A stretch of DNA of 63,489 nucleotides, filler included, from Anaerolineae bacterium (GTDB lineage: Bacteria; Chloroflexota; Anaerolineae; Epilineales; Epilineaceae): assembly GCA_029262755.1 (NCBI GenBank). It is 3 parts of 3 records of this genome, joined end to end, with 100 filler letters (N's around TTAATTAATTAA, not from the genome) between each part and the next. Parts side by side here need not be neighbours in the genome. Positions count along the whole stretch, not along the records: positions 29,419 to 59,802 come from JAJCYU010000383.1; 2 more parts are not named here. The stretch is one strand, 5' to 3'. Within the stretch, counting starts at the first letter, position 1. Every line of letters begins with the position of its first letter. Of the stretch, positions 38,348 through 47,923 are shown piece after piece. The notes under the pieces are model-generated. The model was not told the origin of the DNA. It saw only the letters and a program-made list of their open reading frames with translations, and did not search any database. The position numbers and the translations under genes were made by a program.

Positions 38348-41300
38348 ATGTTCAGTGCTTGGCGGCCAGCCTTTATTGCAGTGATCGTCTCTACAGTCGT
38401 CGCAGCATGGCATTGGCCGAGATTGGCGGCCGCACAGCTGGGGCCGCAAGCCACTATCGTGCTCTACGGTGACAGCATCAACTGGAGGGGAGACTCTGGG
38501 CAGGAGGTCGGCGTTGAATTGTTCCGCGATGGACTTGGTATTGGAAATGGCGCCGGACGCACAGGTACATCGGGGGCCGTTGCGATACGGATAGAGGGCA
38601 GCGCTGGAGCAAATGTGATTTCGATCGCCCCTGGGGATGAAATTCAAGTATTTGCAGGCACCGACTACACAGAGACTATTTCGATCCCGAGCCTTCACGC
38701 GACGGTGACAGATGCTGGGGCAAGTGTCGCGGTGACCGCGCCAACTGGTGTATCTGTTGCGCTCAAGCGGATCATCAATGGCACATGGTTTCGCACCGAA
38801 TTTCTTGGAGAGGTCGAGATCAATGAATCGGGCACAGGTGAGATCCGGTTGCCTCTAGCGGAGCCGAATCTGCAAGGGCTGGCCGAGATCAAGATGGATG
38901 GGCGTCATACGTTTCGTGTTGCCTTCGCTCGACCGCGTGTGTACGTCGATGTGAGTTCCGGACGCATAGAGGGGCAGGCCACGTACGGCACACAAGTCGC
39001 TCTCGAGCTTCGAAACAGGTTGGGGCAAGTTACAAGCGTGAACACGGCAGTCCCTGAAACGCGGAACTCTATGGATTGGCTGGCAACGTCGGACGGCGCT
39101 TTTGCGCTAGGGGCAGGAACACAGATCACCGCGACACACACGGACGCACATGGCACTCGGAGCGTTTCGACTTCGGAAGCGCCCCAGATCAGTATCACGG
39201 TCGATGACCGTAGCGGAGCCTTGGCTGGAGTTGGGCCGCCGAAATCCGATCTCCACCTCGTGTTGCGAGACGGTGATGGTGTAGCGATCACACGCACAGT
39301 GCGCACTGACGCTGACGGTGCCTACCGGGCTAGCTTGCCAGGGATTGACACTTCACAGGGGGTGGCGGCGGACATCACATACGATACAGGTGGAGTCTTC
39401 GTCTTTCGCGCATTGTACGTCATCGACAGTATCTCGATCGGACTCTATTCCACGGATGTGCTGGGGTTCGTCGGGCTGGCAGACGTGCCGGTCCGCGTGG
39501 AGGTTCGGAGTCCGGAAGGGGACGTGAAAGCCGAAGGCTCCGTCCGCACCAACGACCATGGCCGCTATCGATTCTCCATGTGGGTGTCGACCGACCCGAG
39601 GGTCGAGCAGGATTTGCTACTGCTCCCAGGGGATATCGTAACCATCGACCTAACGGACGGGGACGCAAAGAATGTGGTGGTGCCGGACATCCGTGTAACT
39701 GTTGATGTGGAGAATGAAAGGCTTAGCGGACAAGCACTGCCTTCCTCGGTTGTGTGGGCAGGTATCGGGGAAAGCGACACGGTTGACACTTCGCACCACA
39801 CCGTCGCCGATCCAATCGGACAGTTTGAACTCACATTTGGCGATCGGGAGCTTCGCCGGCCGATCAGCGGCATCTTGGAGGTGAGGACCGCAAATCGCGT
39901 ACGATTCACGATGGGCTGGGCCGCACCGGAAGTCACTATCGAGCTTCACTCAGGGGAGATTCGAGGGTTGGGGCCACGAGGGCTTCCATTGTCCGCTAGG
40001 CTTGTCGACTCTGACGGCAAGGTGGTCGGCGGCAAAGAGTTCTCTATGCGGGCCAGGAATCATGAGCCGGTCGGTCACTGGGTGACCAATCTTCGGGACT
40101 GGGCGGGAGAAATCAGTCGCGCGACATCTGGCGACGTACTACAGCTTGATGTTGCGAGCGAACGTATTGCGATCGCGATTCCATGGCTGCACAGCGAGGT
40201 CAATGTCGAGACGGATGAAGTGCATGGACAACTGAACCCGCAAAGCAAGGCCACACTTACCATCGGCCGAAAGAATGAGGGTGGGCGCTTTGTCCAACGC
40301 ACGTCCGTCACTGTGGAGGGTGATGCTCAGGGGCGATTCGCCCGCGACTTTTCCGGGGTCTACGATATTCGGCTGAATGACGAGATCAGGTTGGAGTACG
40401 AAGATCCAGCCGGTCATCGGATACTCCACTACCGCAGCGTCCCAGGAGTAGTGATCGACATCGATCGTTCGGCAGTCCATGGCTACAGTGAGCCTGGGGC
40501 CAGTATTGTCGTTGATAGGGGAGACGATCATTGGGCTGGCCAAGCATCAGCCTCTGGACAGTACTTCATCGAGCTAGGAGCCGGACTGCGCGGTAGTATG
40601 CTGAGTGTAGGAGATCGAGTGACGGTGCGGCGTCAATTGACGGATGGCTCCGATACCATTCTCGCATCCGTCAAGATTCCCGAATTCACGCTCCTGGTCG
40701 ATGAGGATCGTGGAGCGGTACGGGGTGCAGCCCCGCACCCAGGCGAAGTCGATCTTCACGTAGTCCATACGTTCAGACGGACAATTGGCGGCGGCACCTC
40801 TACGTTTGGATTTCGACGGGCAACGGTGGCGGAGTCAGGGCAATACGAAGTGCAACTGGACAGGATTGGAGTGCTCGGATCTACAGTTTCCACGGAACCT
40901 GGTCAACGATTCCGGGCGATTCTGAGCTTGGACAATGGTGTGCAACTCGTGCGCTGGAAACTCTTCCCTATCGCGAATGCCCAACAAAGAGGCGCCCGAG
41001 TCTGCGGGTACGGACAACCCAGGACTGAGGTGTCGGCGCGGGTCGTTGGTGGGCCGGCCGAAGGTGCAAGCGGCAACGCGCTCGTAGCACGGGACTTCTC
41101 CTACGAGATTGAGCTTCAGCATGCATCTGGGGAGCCGGCCACTCTGGGAAACGGGTCTCGGCTTGAAGTGTCTTTTCCCGGTGGCACAGAGACGATGACC
41201 ATACCTCGATTCGATTTGGACACCGCCTGGAATTATCAATCAGCCCAGCGAAATGTACCTTCGACTCGCATTTCGGGCTGGGTAGGTATTGGGACAATGT

Positions 41301-42034
41301 TGTACTTGAAGATGCCTGCAAGCGGATGTCTTCGTGGAAATACGGATGCGTTCTCGCTTGAACTCACCAGATCTGAGTGGTTTGACTATGCAGAGGCACC
41401 TCGTGTTAATCCAGGGAATGGGCTTCTGCTCGGTCATTTCCTGGGGACAGGTCATCGACAATTCCACCTGAAGATTCGCCCTAGGCTCCAAGTCTTCGTT
41501 CGCTCGAACCGCATCTCCGGGGACGTATCTCCGGGTATACGCACGACATTACGCCTGGTGGATCCAAGCGGGCGCGAAGTAGCAACCGCCGAGGAAACAG
41601 GGGATACCTTTGGTCGCTTCGATGCAGTATTGACAGACCGAGTCGGCCTGGCAGAAGCAACGCTGCAGCCAGGCATGAAGATCGGTGTGCAGTTCGGCGC
41701 CGTTCGGGAAGAGATCATCATCGACGACATCAGCTTCGACTACAGTCCGGAGACAGGAGTTGTCGTCGTTGCCGCAGCCAATCGGCCAGTCCGAGTTGAA
41801 TTCGACACGCTGGACGGTCGCACCCACAAAGTTGCTGGCACAACGAACGCCGATGGGCGCTGGCTGATATCCCCGCAAGAACTGCCGGCGCGTGCCGGCT
41901 GGACACTTGCCGACGTCGCCTTGATTCGAGCCGTTGCATGGAACCTCGCCGGGCACGAGTTCATCGCAGAGACGGAGATTCGCGGCCCCCGCGGAGAGAT
42001 ACGCGTATATCTGCCGATGGCACTGTATCGTTAG
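38348..42034 (+). CDS. Large secreted protein with tandem beta-rich (Ig-like) repeats and a C-terminal VYLP tail
   Basis: Signal-peptide-like N-terminus; recurring units (APQISITVDDRSGALAGVGPP, VPDIRVTVDVENERLSGQALP, IPWLHSEVNVETDEVHGQLNP, IPEFTLLVDEDRGAVRGAAP; TDADGAY, TNDHGRY, GDAQGRF, TNADGRW); ends RVYLPMALYR; visibly more A/T than its neighbours. Confidence 0.8.
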   Translation: MFSAWRPAFIAVIVSTVVAAWHWPRLAAAQLGPQATIVLYGDSINWRGDSGQEVGVELFRDGLGIGNGAGRTGTSGAVAIRIEGSAGANVISIAPGDEIQVFAGTDYTETISIPSLHATVTDAGASVAVTAPTGVSVALKRIINGTWFRTEFLGEVEINESGTGEIRLPLAEPNLQGLAEIKMDGRHTFRVAFARPRVYVDVSSGRIEGQATYGTQVALELRNRLGQVTSVNTAVPETRNSMDWLATSDGAFALGAGTQITATHTDAHGTRSVSTSEAPQISITVDDRSGALAGVGPPKSDLHLVLRDGDGVAITRTVRTDADGAYRASLPGIDTSQGVAADITYDTGGVFVFRALYVIDSISIGLYSTDVLGFVGLADVPVRVEVRSPEGDVKAEGSVRTNDHGRYRFSMWVSTDPRVEQDLLLLPGDIVTIDLTDGDAKNVVVPDIRVTVDVENERLSGQALPSSVVWAGIGESDTVDTSHHTVADPIGQFELTFGDRELRRPISGILEVRTANRVRFTMGWAAPEVTIELHSGEIRGLGPRGLPLSARLVDSDGKVVGGKEFSMRARNHEPVGHWVTNLRDWAGEISRATSGDVLQLDVASERIAIAIPWLHSEVNVETDEVHGQLNPQSKATLTIGRKNEGGRFVQRTSVTVEGDAQGRFARDFSGVYDIRLNDEIRLEYEDPAGHRILHYRSVPGVVIDIDRSAVHGYSEPGASIVVDRGDDHWAGQASASGQYFIELGAGLRGSMLSVGDRVTVRRQLTDGSDTILASVKIPEFTLLVDEDRGAVRGAAPHPGEVDLHVVHTFRRTIGGGTSTFGFRRATVAESGQYEVQLDRIGVLGSTVSTEPGQRFRAILSLDNGVQLVRWKLFPIANAQQRGARVCGYGQPRTEVSARVVGGPAEGASGNALVARDFSYEIELQHASGEPATLGNGSRLEVSFPGGTETMTIPRFDLDTAWNYQSAQRNVPSTRISGWVGIGTMLYLKMPASGCLRGNTDAFSLELTRSEWFDYAEAPRVNPGNGLLLGHFLGTGHRQFHLKIRPRLQVFVRSNRISGDVSPGIRTTLRLVDPSGREVATAEETGDTFGRFDAVLTDRVGLAEATLQPGMKIGVQFGAVREEIIIDDISFDYSPETGVVVVAAANRPVRVEFDTLDGRTHKVAGTTNADGRWLISPQELPARAGWTLADVALIRAVAWNLAGHEFIAETEIRGPRGEIRVYLPMALYR

Positions 42035-42158
42035 GGCGATGGTGTTCCTATCGACAGTTGTCCCGCCACTAGAGAACCGGTCAAGTAGTCGGTATTGACA
42101 GGAGAGGCTGTAGGTGGTGTGCTCGGCGGTCTGACCCGTAGAGGGAGGAGGCTTTCGA

Positions 42159-42678
42159 GTGCAACCTGGAATATGGTCACCGCCGATCGATCTTGATCCC
42201 GAGGAAGAGCGACTGAGCCGAAGCTTGAGGCGCGGGAAGCTGTTCGCGTTCCGTAGGGCTCGTCCGTTAACAAGGTCGCCAACCGAGGGCGTTGCTGCGC
42301 CGCTGTGCTGGTTCGCTGAGACGAAGGAATAGCAGGCCGGCACAGCGGATGCAGCGACGGCCGAATTGGTGAGATTGTTGACGGACGAGCCTTAGAGAGT
42401 GGCGGCACGAGATCTTCGACGAGACACTTCAGCGGGAGTTGGGAGCGTACTACAAGGAAAGCCAGCGTGGGCGGCCGCCGGTGTATCCAGCGCAGTTGGC
42501 ACTGGCCACGGTGCTGCAGGCCTATCTTGGGCTGAGTGACGACTCGGCAATCGAGGCTCTGACAACGGATCGGCGATGGGAAATGGTGCTGGACTGTCAG
42601 GGTGCCGAGCAGGCCTTGTTTAGTAAGGGAACGCTTGTCGGCTCTCGAGCATGGCTGATCGAGAACGATTCAGGCTGA
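42159..42678 (+). pseudogene. IS1182/IS5-type transposase N-terminal remnant (DUF772-like) interrupted by a MITE
   Basis: GGAGGAGG RBS, GTG start MQPGIWSPPIDL...RRGKLFAF; after the insertion REWRHEIFDETLQRELGAYY..SQRGRPPVYPAQLALATVLQAY.G.SD..AIE....DRRW..VLDC...FSKGTL; stops early at 42678. Confidence 0.8.
42257..42391. mobile_element. 135-bp MITE-like element
   Basis: 17-bp terminal inverted repeats GGCTCGTCCGTTAACAA / TTGTTGACGGACGAGCC (one mismatch), flanked by GTAG and TTAG, with an internal long imperfect palindrome. Confidence 0.8.
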
Positions 42679-42747
42679 TTGGACTACTAGAGCCGAAACG
42701 GTGGCGATCGAACGTCCTGCACCCGCGCTCGCCCCAGGGGCCTGCAC

Positions 42748-43872
42748 CTACGCCCCGAGCACGTCCGGATTCAGCCCCCGCAGCGACTCCGGCACGAACA
42801 GCCCGTCCTCGCGGATCAGCTCGTCGTCGAACCAGACGCGGCCGCCGCCGAACTCGGGGCGTTGGATGAGCACGAGGTCCCAGTGGACTTCGGAGCGGTT
42901 GCCGTTGTCGGCGACCTCGTAGGCCTGGCCCGGCGTGAAGTGCAGGCTGCCCGCGATCTTCTCGTCGAAGAGGATGTCCTTCATGGGCTGCAGGATGTAT
43001 GGGTTGAAGCCGAGCGAGAACTCGCCGATGTAGCGGGCGCCCTCGTCCGTGTCGAGCACGCCGGCGAGCGCGTCGCCGCCTTGATCGGCCGTCGCTTCGA
43101 CGATACGGCCCTGCTCGAAGACGAAGCGGATGTTCTCGAAGGTCGTGCCGTGGAAGAGCGTGGGCGTGTTGTAGTGCATGACGCCGTTGACGCTGTCGCG
43201 CACGGGGGCGGTGAAGCACTCGCCGTCGGGGATGTTGCGCTCGCCGACGCAGGGGATGACCGGGATGTCGCGGATCGAGAAGCGCAGGTCCGTGTCGCCG
43301 GGGCCTTGAATGCGGACGCGATCGGCCGCTTCCATGCGGGCCTTGAGCGGCGCTACCGCTTCGGTCATGCGGGCATAGTCCATCGTCGTCACGCGGAAGA
43401 AGAAGTCCTCGAAATCCTCCGTGCTCACGCCGGCCAGCTGCGCCATGCTCGGCGAAGGACAGCGCGTGACGACCCACTTCGTGTGGTTCACGCGCTGCTC
43501 CATGTGCACGGGCTTCCCGTAGCGGCGCATGAGTTCCTGCATCTGCGCCTCCGGCACGCCGGCGCGCTCGCTGACGTTCTCGGCACCGCGGATCGCGATA
43601 TAGGCGTCCATCTTGGTCATCCGGTAGCGATCGTAGTCAGCCCAAACGTCGAGCCCATCGGCCGCCGCGGACTCTTCGAGCGCACGCAGCACGCGACCGC
43701 TTCGCAGCGCCACGTGCGGATGGCCGCCCGCGGCGCGCGTGGCGCGTACGAGGGCGATCACCATCGCCTCGGGCGTATCGAAGGTCTCGATGAGCACGTG
43801 TTCGCCCGGCTGCAGGCGGGTCGAGTGGCCGATGAAGACGTCGGCGAGTTGGTCGAGTCGTGGGTCGTGCAT
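42748..43872 (-). CDS. Aminopeptidase, M29 family (AmpS/PepS-like)
   Basis: MHDPRL, NIPDGECFTAP, DTDEGARYIGEFSLG.N, ILFDEKIAGSLH..PG.AY, S.VHWD. Confidence 0.93.
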   Translation of the reverse strand: MHDPRLDQLADVFIGHSTRLQPGEHVLIETFDTPEAMVIALVRATRAAGGHPHVALRSGRVLRALEESAAADGLDVWADYDRYRMTKMDAYIAIRGAENVSERAGVPEAQMQELMRRYGKPVHMEQRVNHTKWVVTRCPSPSMAQLAGVSTEDFEDFFFRVTTMDYARMTEAVAPLKARMEAADRVRIQGPGDTDLRFSIRDIPVIPCVGERNIPDGECFTAPVRDSVNGVMHYNTPTLFHGTTFENIRFVFEQGRIVEATADQGGDALAGVLDTDEGARYIGEFSLGFNPYILQPMKDILFDEKIAGSLHFTPGQAYEVADNGNRSEVHWDLVLIQRPEFGGGRVWFDDELIREDGLFVPESLRGLNPDVLGA

Positions 43873-44051
43873 GGCGCATGTCCTTGGGCGAGCGCGGCGG
43901 TATGCCGCGGGAGGCGGTGACCGCGCGAATCATGGATCCGGTTGTCGGGGTGCGGCCGCCAAGCCGCGAGATGCTGCCCTAGCGAAGCGCGGGGGTCAAC
44001 GGGCTGGGCTATCATCGGCGGCCGACCGACCCGCTCGAAACCGGGAGTCCC

Positions 44052-46961
44052 GTGCTGCAAACCAAGACCCATGCGGCGCCCGCAATGCGTCGCGTGCTCG
44101 TCCCGCTCCTCGTCGCCTTCGCGCTATTCGCGACGGCGTGGAGCATCGTCACGCCTGTGTTTGAAGCGCCGGACGAGTCCACGCACTTCTTCGTGGCACA
44201 GCACATCGCTCGTACCGGCCGGTTGCCGGTGCAGACCATCGACGTCGCCGCCCGCGGGCCGTGGGAGCAGGAGGGCAGCCAGCCGCCGCTGTACTACGCG
44301 CTCGCCGCGCCGCTGCTGCACGCGACCGGCGTGGACATCGACGAGCTGGACTCGCGCGTCAACCCGCAAAACTCCATGGGCTTTCCCGCAGTGGTGGGCA
44401 ACGACAACCGCTTCGTACACGTCGGCGAGGCCTGGCCGTGGCCAGCGCACGTATGGGCCGTACGGCTCGCGCGCGGGTTGTCGACGGTCCTCGGTCTCGT
44501 GGCGGTCGCGGCGACGTGGGGGTTGGCGGCGCGCGTGTTCGGCGGCCATTCCGGCCCTCGCTCGCATCGATACTCTTCTGGCCCCGCTACTGTCTCCGCG
44601 GCAGCGCGCCCGTGGCTCGCGCTGGCCGCCACAGCGCTGTTCGCGTTCAACCCGCAGGTACTGGCCACGTTCTCCGCGCTCTCGAATGATCCGGCGATCA
44701 TCGCCTTGGCCGCGCTGGCGCTGTGGCTGCTGGCGCGGTTGTGGGACGGCGAGGACGACCGGGGCACGATTGTGGGCCTCGCGATCGTCGTCGGGCTCGC
44801 GCCGCTGGCCAAGGTCAGCGGGCTGACGGTGCTGGCCTTCGCGCTGGCCACCGTTGCTTGGGTCGCCCGGCGCCGCCGCGACGCGCGCTGGGGCCTGCGC
44901 GTGGGCAGCGCGATCGCCGCCGCCACGCTGGCGATCTCCGGCTGGTGGTATCTGCGCAACGTGCGCCTCTACGGCACGCTGACGGGCCTGAGCGCGATGC
45001 TGCCCGAGGGTGTCGGGCGCGAGCTGAACCTCGCGCGCTGGCTCGTCGGCCTGCCCGCCGAGCTGGCAGGGCTGTGGCGCTCGAGCTGGGGAATCTTCGG
45101 CTGGTTCACGCTGCCGCTGCCGGAGTGGGCCTTCGCTCTCATCGCGGTCGCGACGGCCCTGGCGGGGCTGGGCCTGCTGCGTGCGGCGCTGCGGGGCCTT
45201 CGCACCGTGCGGTACGCGGTCCGATCCCGCGACGGGGATGCCGGGCCCATACACATCGCCTCCGCTGCTTCGCCGCGCCTATCCGTGCCCTGGTCTCGGC
45301 TGGCGTGGCTGGGGCTGTGGTGGGCGCTGTTGTTCGTGGCCCTGCTGCGCTGGCTGCTGCTGGTGAAGGGCGCCCACGGGCGCTTGATGATGCCGGCCTG
45401 GGGTGCGGTCGCGATTGCGCTGGTCGCCGGCTGGCGCGCGCTGGGGCCGCGCGACGTCCAGCAGCGCGCCGAGCACGAACCGGGGGGCTCGGACGGGGTC
45501 GGGCCATTTGGAACGGACGCGGTATTCGCCCGAGACCGCGCGCTGGCCGGCGCCCTCATCGCGTCCGTGGCCACGCTGTCGCTCGGCGCGCTGCTGGGTG
45601 TGGTGCGGCCCGCCTTCGCCGGCCCGCGGGCGATCGCAGAGGCGGACATCCCGGCCTCGGCCGAGCGGGTCGACCTGCGCTTCGGCGATCGGGTCGAGCT
45701 GCTTGCTGTGGAGCATCCCGAACGCGTCGTGGAGGGCGGACTGCTGCCGATCACGCTGTACTGGCGCGTGGCGGAAGGGGCGGCGGGCGACGACGGCGAG
45801 GCCGCGACGGCGCCGGACGGACGCTCGGGGCTCGTAGCCCTGCGTCTCGACCAGCCGGTGGCGGTGGGTCCTGAGGACGCGCCGGAGACGTGGCCCGATC
45901 CGGCCGCGGCGGTCCGTCTGCCGATGCGCATCGTGCCCGGCGAGGCCTATCTGTCCCATCCCGTGCGTGGCGCCGTCCCCTTTGACGCCCTGCCGCGGGG
46001 CGTGATCGTCGTCGATCGTCATCATGTGCCCGTGCCGGCTTTGGCGCGCACGCTCGACCCGCCCGGGACGCCTTTCGTGGACTGGCCCGACCTGGTAGCG
46101 GCCGTTGCCGCTACCGGCGGCGACACCGACGGCCTAGACGTCGGGGGCCCGAGGCTTGTGTCACGGGCCGACCCGGACGCCCTGCGCCGCTTCGTCGCGG
46201 CCGGGCGCCCCGCCGACGCCACGCGCGGCGTCGCGATGCCCGTGGCGGCGCGCCTGTCCGTGCACGTCTACGATCGCGCTACGGGCGAGCGATGGCCGCT
46301 CGCCGCGCTCGGGCCGGTGGTCGATGGACCGACGGCCCCCGACGTGCGCACCGAGCTTGAGCGCTCGGTGGTCATCGCACCCGACCCACGGCGCGACGAC
46401 GGCGCGGCGCTCGTCGCGCACAGCGCGCCCGTGGCGGTCTTCGGCGATCCGCCCATCGTAGGGCTTAGCGTCCTGAGCGCGGCGACGTCGGCAGAGGGCG
46501 AGATCGTCCTGGACCTGCCGGGCATGTTGAGGCCGGTGAGCGCGGGCGGCCTCGACTACAGCCTGCCGGCGCGCATCCTGCGCGGGCCCACGTGGAGCAC
46601 CACGCGGGTGGCCTGGCGCGTCGAGCGCGCGCCCGACGCCGATCTCGCCCTCTTCGTCCACCTGCGCGCGACCGGCGGAGCAGGCGGCCCAGCAGACGTG
46701 TTGGCCACGTTCGACGGCGAGCCCGCCTCCCATGCCGACTACCCCAGCCGGAGCTGGCGCGCGGGCGACCTGCTCATCGCGGACGTCGGCTGGGCGCTGC
46801 CGATGGAGGCCGCGCCAGGCCGCCCGTACCTGGTGCAGGTGGGCTTATACGAGCGGAGCGAGGGGGCGCCGCGCCTGCCCGCCTTCGGCCCGGACGGTAC
46901 ACGATTGCCGGACGACGCTGCGGACCTGACACGCGTGGTCGTAGAGGGTGGCGGCTACTGA
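44052..46961 (+). CDS. GT-C fold membrane glycosyltransferase (DUF2142/family 39-like) with large extracytoplasmic C-terminal domains
   Basis: TPVFEAPDESTH, E..QPPLYY, SND, WWYLRN..LYG, W..SWG.FGW, HGR, many TM helices, C-terminal FVHL...W..GD...Y...VGLY domain. Confidence 0.8.
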   Translation: MLQTKTHAAPAMRRVLVPLLVAFALFATAWSIVTPVFEAPDESTHFFVAQHIARTGRLPVQTIDVAARGPWEQEGSQPPLYYALAAPLLHATGVDIDELDSRVNPQNSMGFPAVVGNDNRFVHVGEAWPWPAHVWAVRLARGLSTVLGLVAVAATWGLAARVFGGHSGPRSHRYSSGPATVSAAARPWLALAATALFAFNPQVLATFSALSNDPAIIALAALALWLLARLWDGEDDRGTIVGLAIVVGLAPLAKVSGLTVLAFALATVAWVARRRRDARWGLRVGSAIAAATLAISGWWYLRNVRLYGTLTGLSAMLPEGVGRELNLARWLVGLPAELAGLWRSSWGIFGWFTLPLPEWAFALIAVATALAGLGLLRAALRGLRTVRYAVRSRDGDAGPIHIASAASPRLSVPWSRLAWLGLWWALLFVALLRWLLLVKGAHGRLMMPAWGAVAIALVAGWRALGPRDVQQRAEHEPGGSDGVGPFGTDAVFARDRALAGALIASVATLSLGALLGVVRPAFAGPRAIAEADIPASAERVDLRFGDRVELLAVEHPERVVEGGLLPITLYWRVAEGAAGDDGEAATAPDGRSGLVALRLDQPVAVGPEDAPETWPDPAAAVRLPMRIVPGEAYLSHPVRGAVPFDALPRGVIVVDRHHVPVPALARTLDPPGTPFVDWPDLVAAVAATGGDTDGLDVGGPRLVSRADPDALRRFVAAGRPADATRGVAMPVAARLSVHVYDRATGERWPLAALGPVVDGPTAPDVRTELERSVVIAPDPRRDDGAALVAHSAPVAVFGDPPIVGLSVLSAATSAEGEIVLDLPGMLRPVSAGGLDYSLPARILRGPTWSTTRVAWRVERAPDADLALFVHLRATGGAGGPADVLATFDGEPASHADYPSRSWRAGDLLIADVGWALPMEAAPGRPYLVQVGLYERSEGAPRLPAFGPDGTRLPDDAADLTRVVVEGGGY

Positions 46962-47923
46962 GGAAAGCGCAGGAAGCGCAGCGCGTCTCGGAACCGTGTT
47001 CGTGCCGGGGTGAAGGCGGTGGTGTAGAGCGTGCTTCCCAACGCTCCGGTCGCAGCCGCCTCGCGTGCGATTCGGCCGCATTCGGCGCCCCATTGCTCCT
47101 CGATCGCGACGAGTTCGGAATCGCATAGCGCGCCGACCGCGCTCTGCACGCCGCGGAAGCCGGAGCTCGCCAACATGGCTTCGAGGGAGTCCTTCGTGAA
47201 GTAGGTGAAATGGTCCGTGACCAGCATCTCCCAGCGCTCGCGCAGCGCGATGCGGGCCATGCTGTTCCAGTTGGGCGTCGAAACCACCAGCCTGCCGCCG
47301 GGACGGAGAATGCGGTGGATTTCGCGCAGGACCGCGACGGGGTCGAGCAGATGCTCGATGACGTCCCAAAGGCGCACGGCGTCCATGCTTTGTGCGGGGA
47401 TGTCGGCGCTGTGCACATCGCCGAGGAGGATGGGAAGGCCGAGCCGGCCGGCGCCGAAATGGACGAGGGGTTCGGACGGATCCACCCCGCGGGCGTCCCA
47501 GCCGCGTCGGACCGCCGCATACACGAAGAGTCCAAGGCCGCACCCGATATCGAGCACGCGTCGGGCGCCGGGATCCTCCTCCAGCTGCTGGAGCATCCCG
47601 TCGAAGTAGCGGTCGATGGCGGCATCGATGGGATCGCCGGAGGCGTCCAGCAGCCCAAGCTGCTGTGCAAGGGGGATGTGAAAGAGTCGCGCGTAGTCTG
47701 CGTTTTCCAGGAAGCTGCCTTCGATGGAGGCCAGGCGCGGAGACAGGAAGACCAGCCCGCACCCTCGGCAGGCGACCACGCGAGAGCCCGGCGAGTCGAT
47801 GCGTTCCACGGCGGCATAGATCACGTCGACCTCGCCGCCGCCACAGTGGGCGCAGGGAGGTCGGGTGACGGGTGCCATCCCCGCCCCCATGATCGCGTCC
47901 GTGGCTGCCTGGCCGTCGTTCAT
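46955..47923 (-). CDS. Class I SAM-dependent methyltransferase with an N-terminal CxxC...CxxC zinc ribbon
   Basis: CAHCG...CRGCGL, VLDIGCGLG, WDVIEHL.DP, LRPGG, STPN. Start at 47923 chosen from the ATGA overlap with the upstream gene. Confidence 0.88.
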   Translation of the reverse strand: MNDGQAATDAIMGAGMAPVTRPPCAHCGGGEVDVIYAAVERIDSPGSRVVACRGCGLVFLSPRLASIEGSFLENADYARLFHIPLAQQLGLLDASGDPIDAAIDRYFDGMLQQLEEDPGARRVLDIGCGLGLFVYAAVRRGWDARGVDPSEPLVHFGAGRLGLPILLGDVHSADIPAQSMDAVRLWDVIEHLLDPVAVLREIHRILRPGGRLVVSTPNWNSMARIALRERWEMLVTDHFTYFTKDSLEAMLASSGFRGVQSAVGALCDSELVAIEEQWGAECGRIAREAAATGALGSTLYTTAFTPARTRFRDALRFLRFPQ

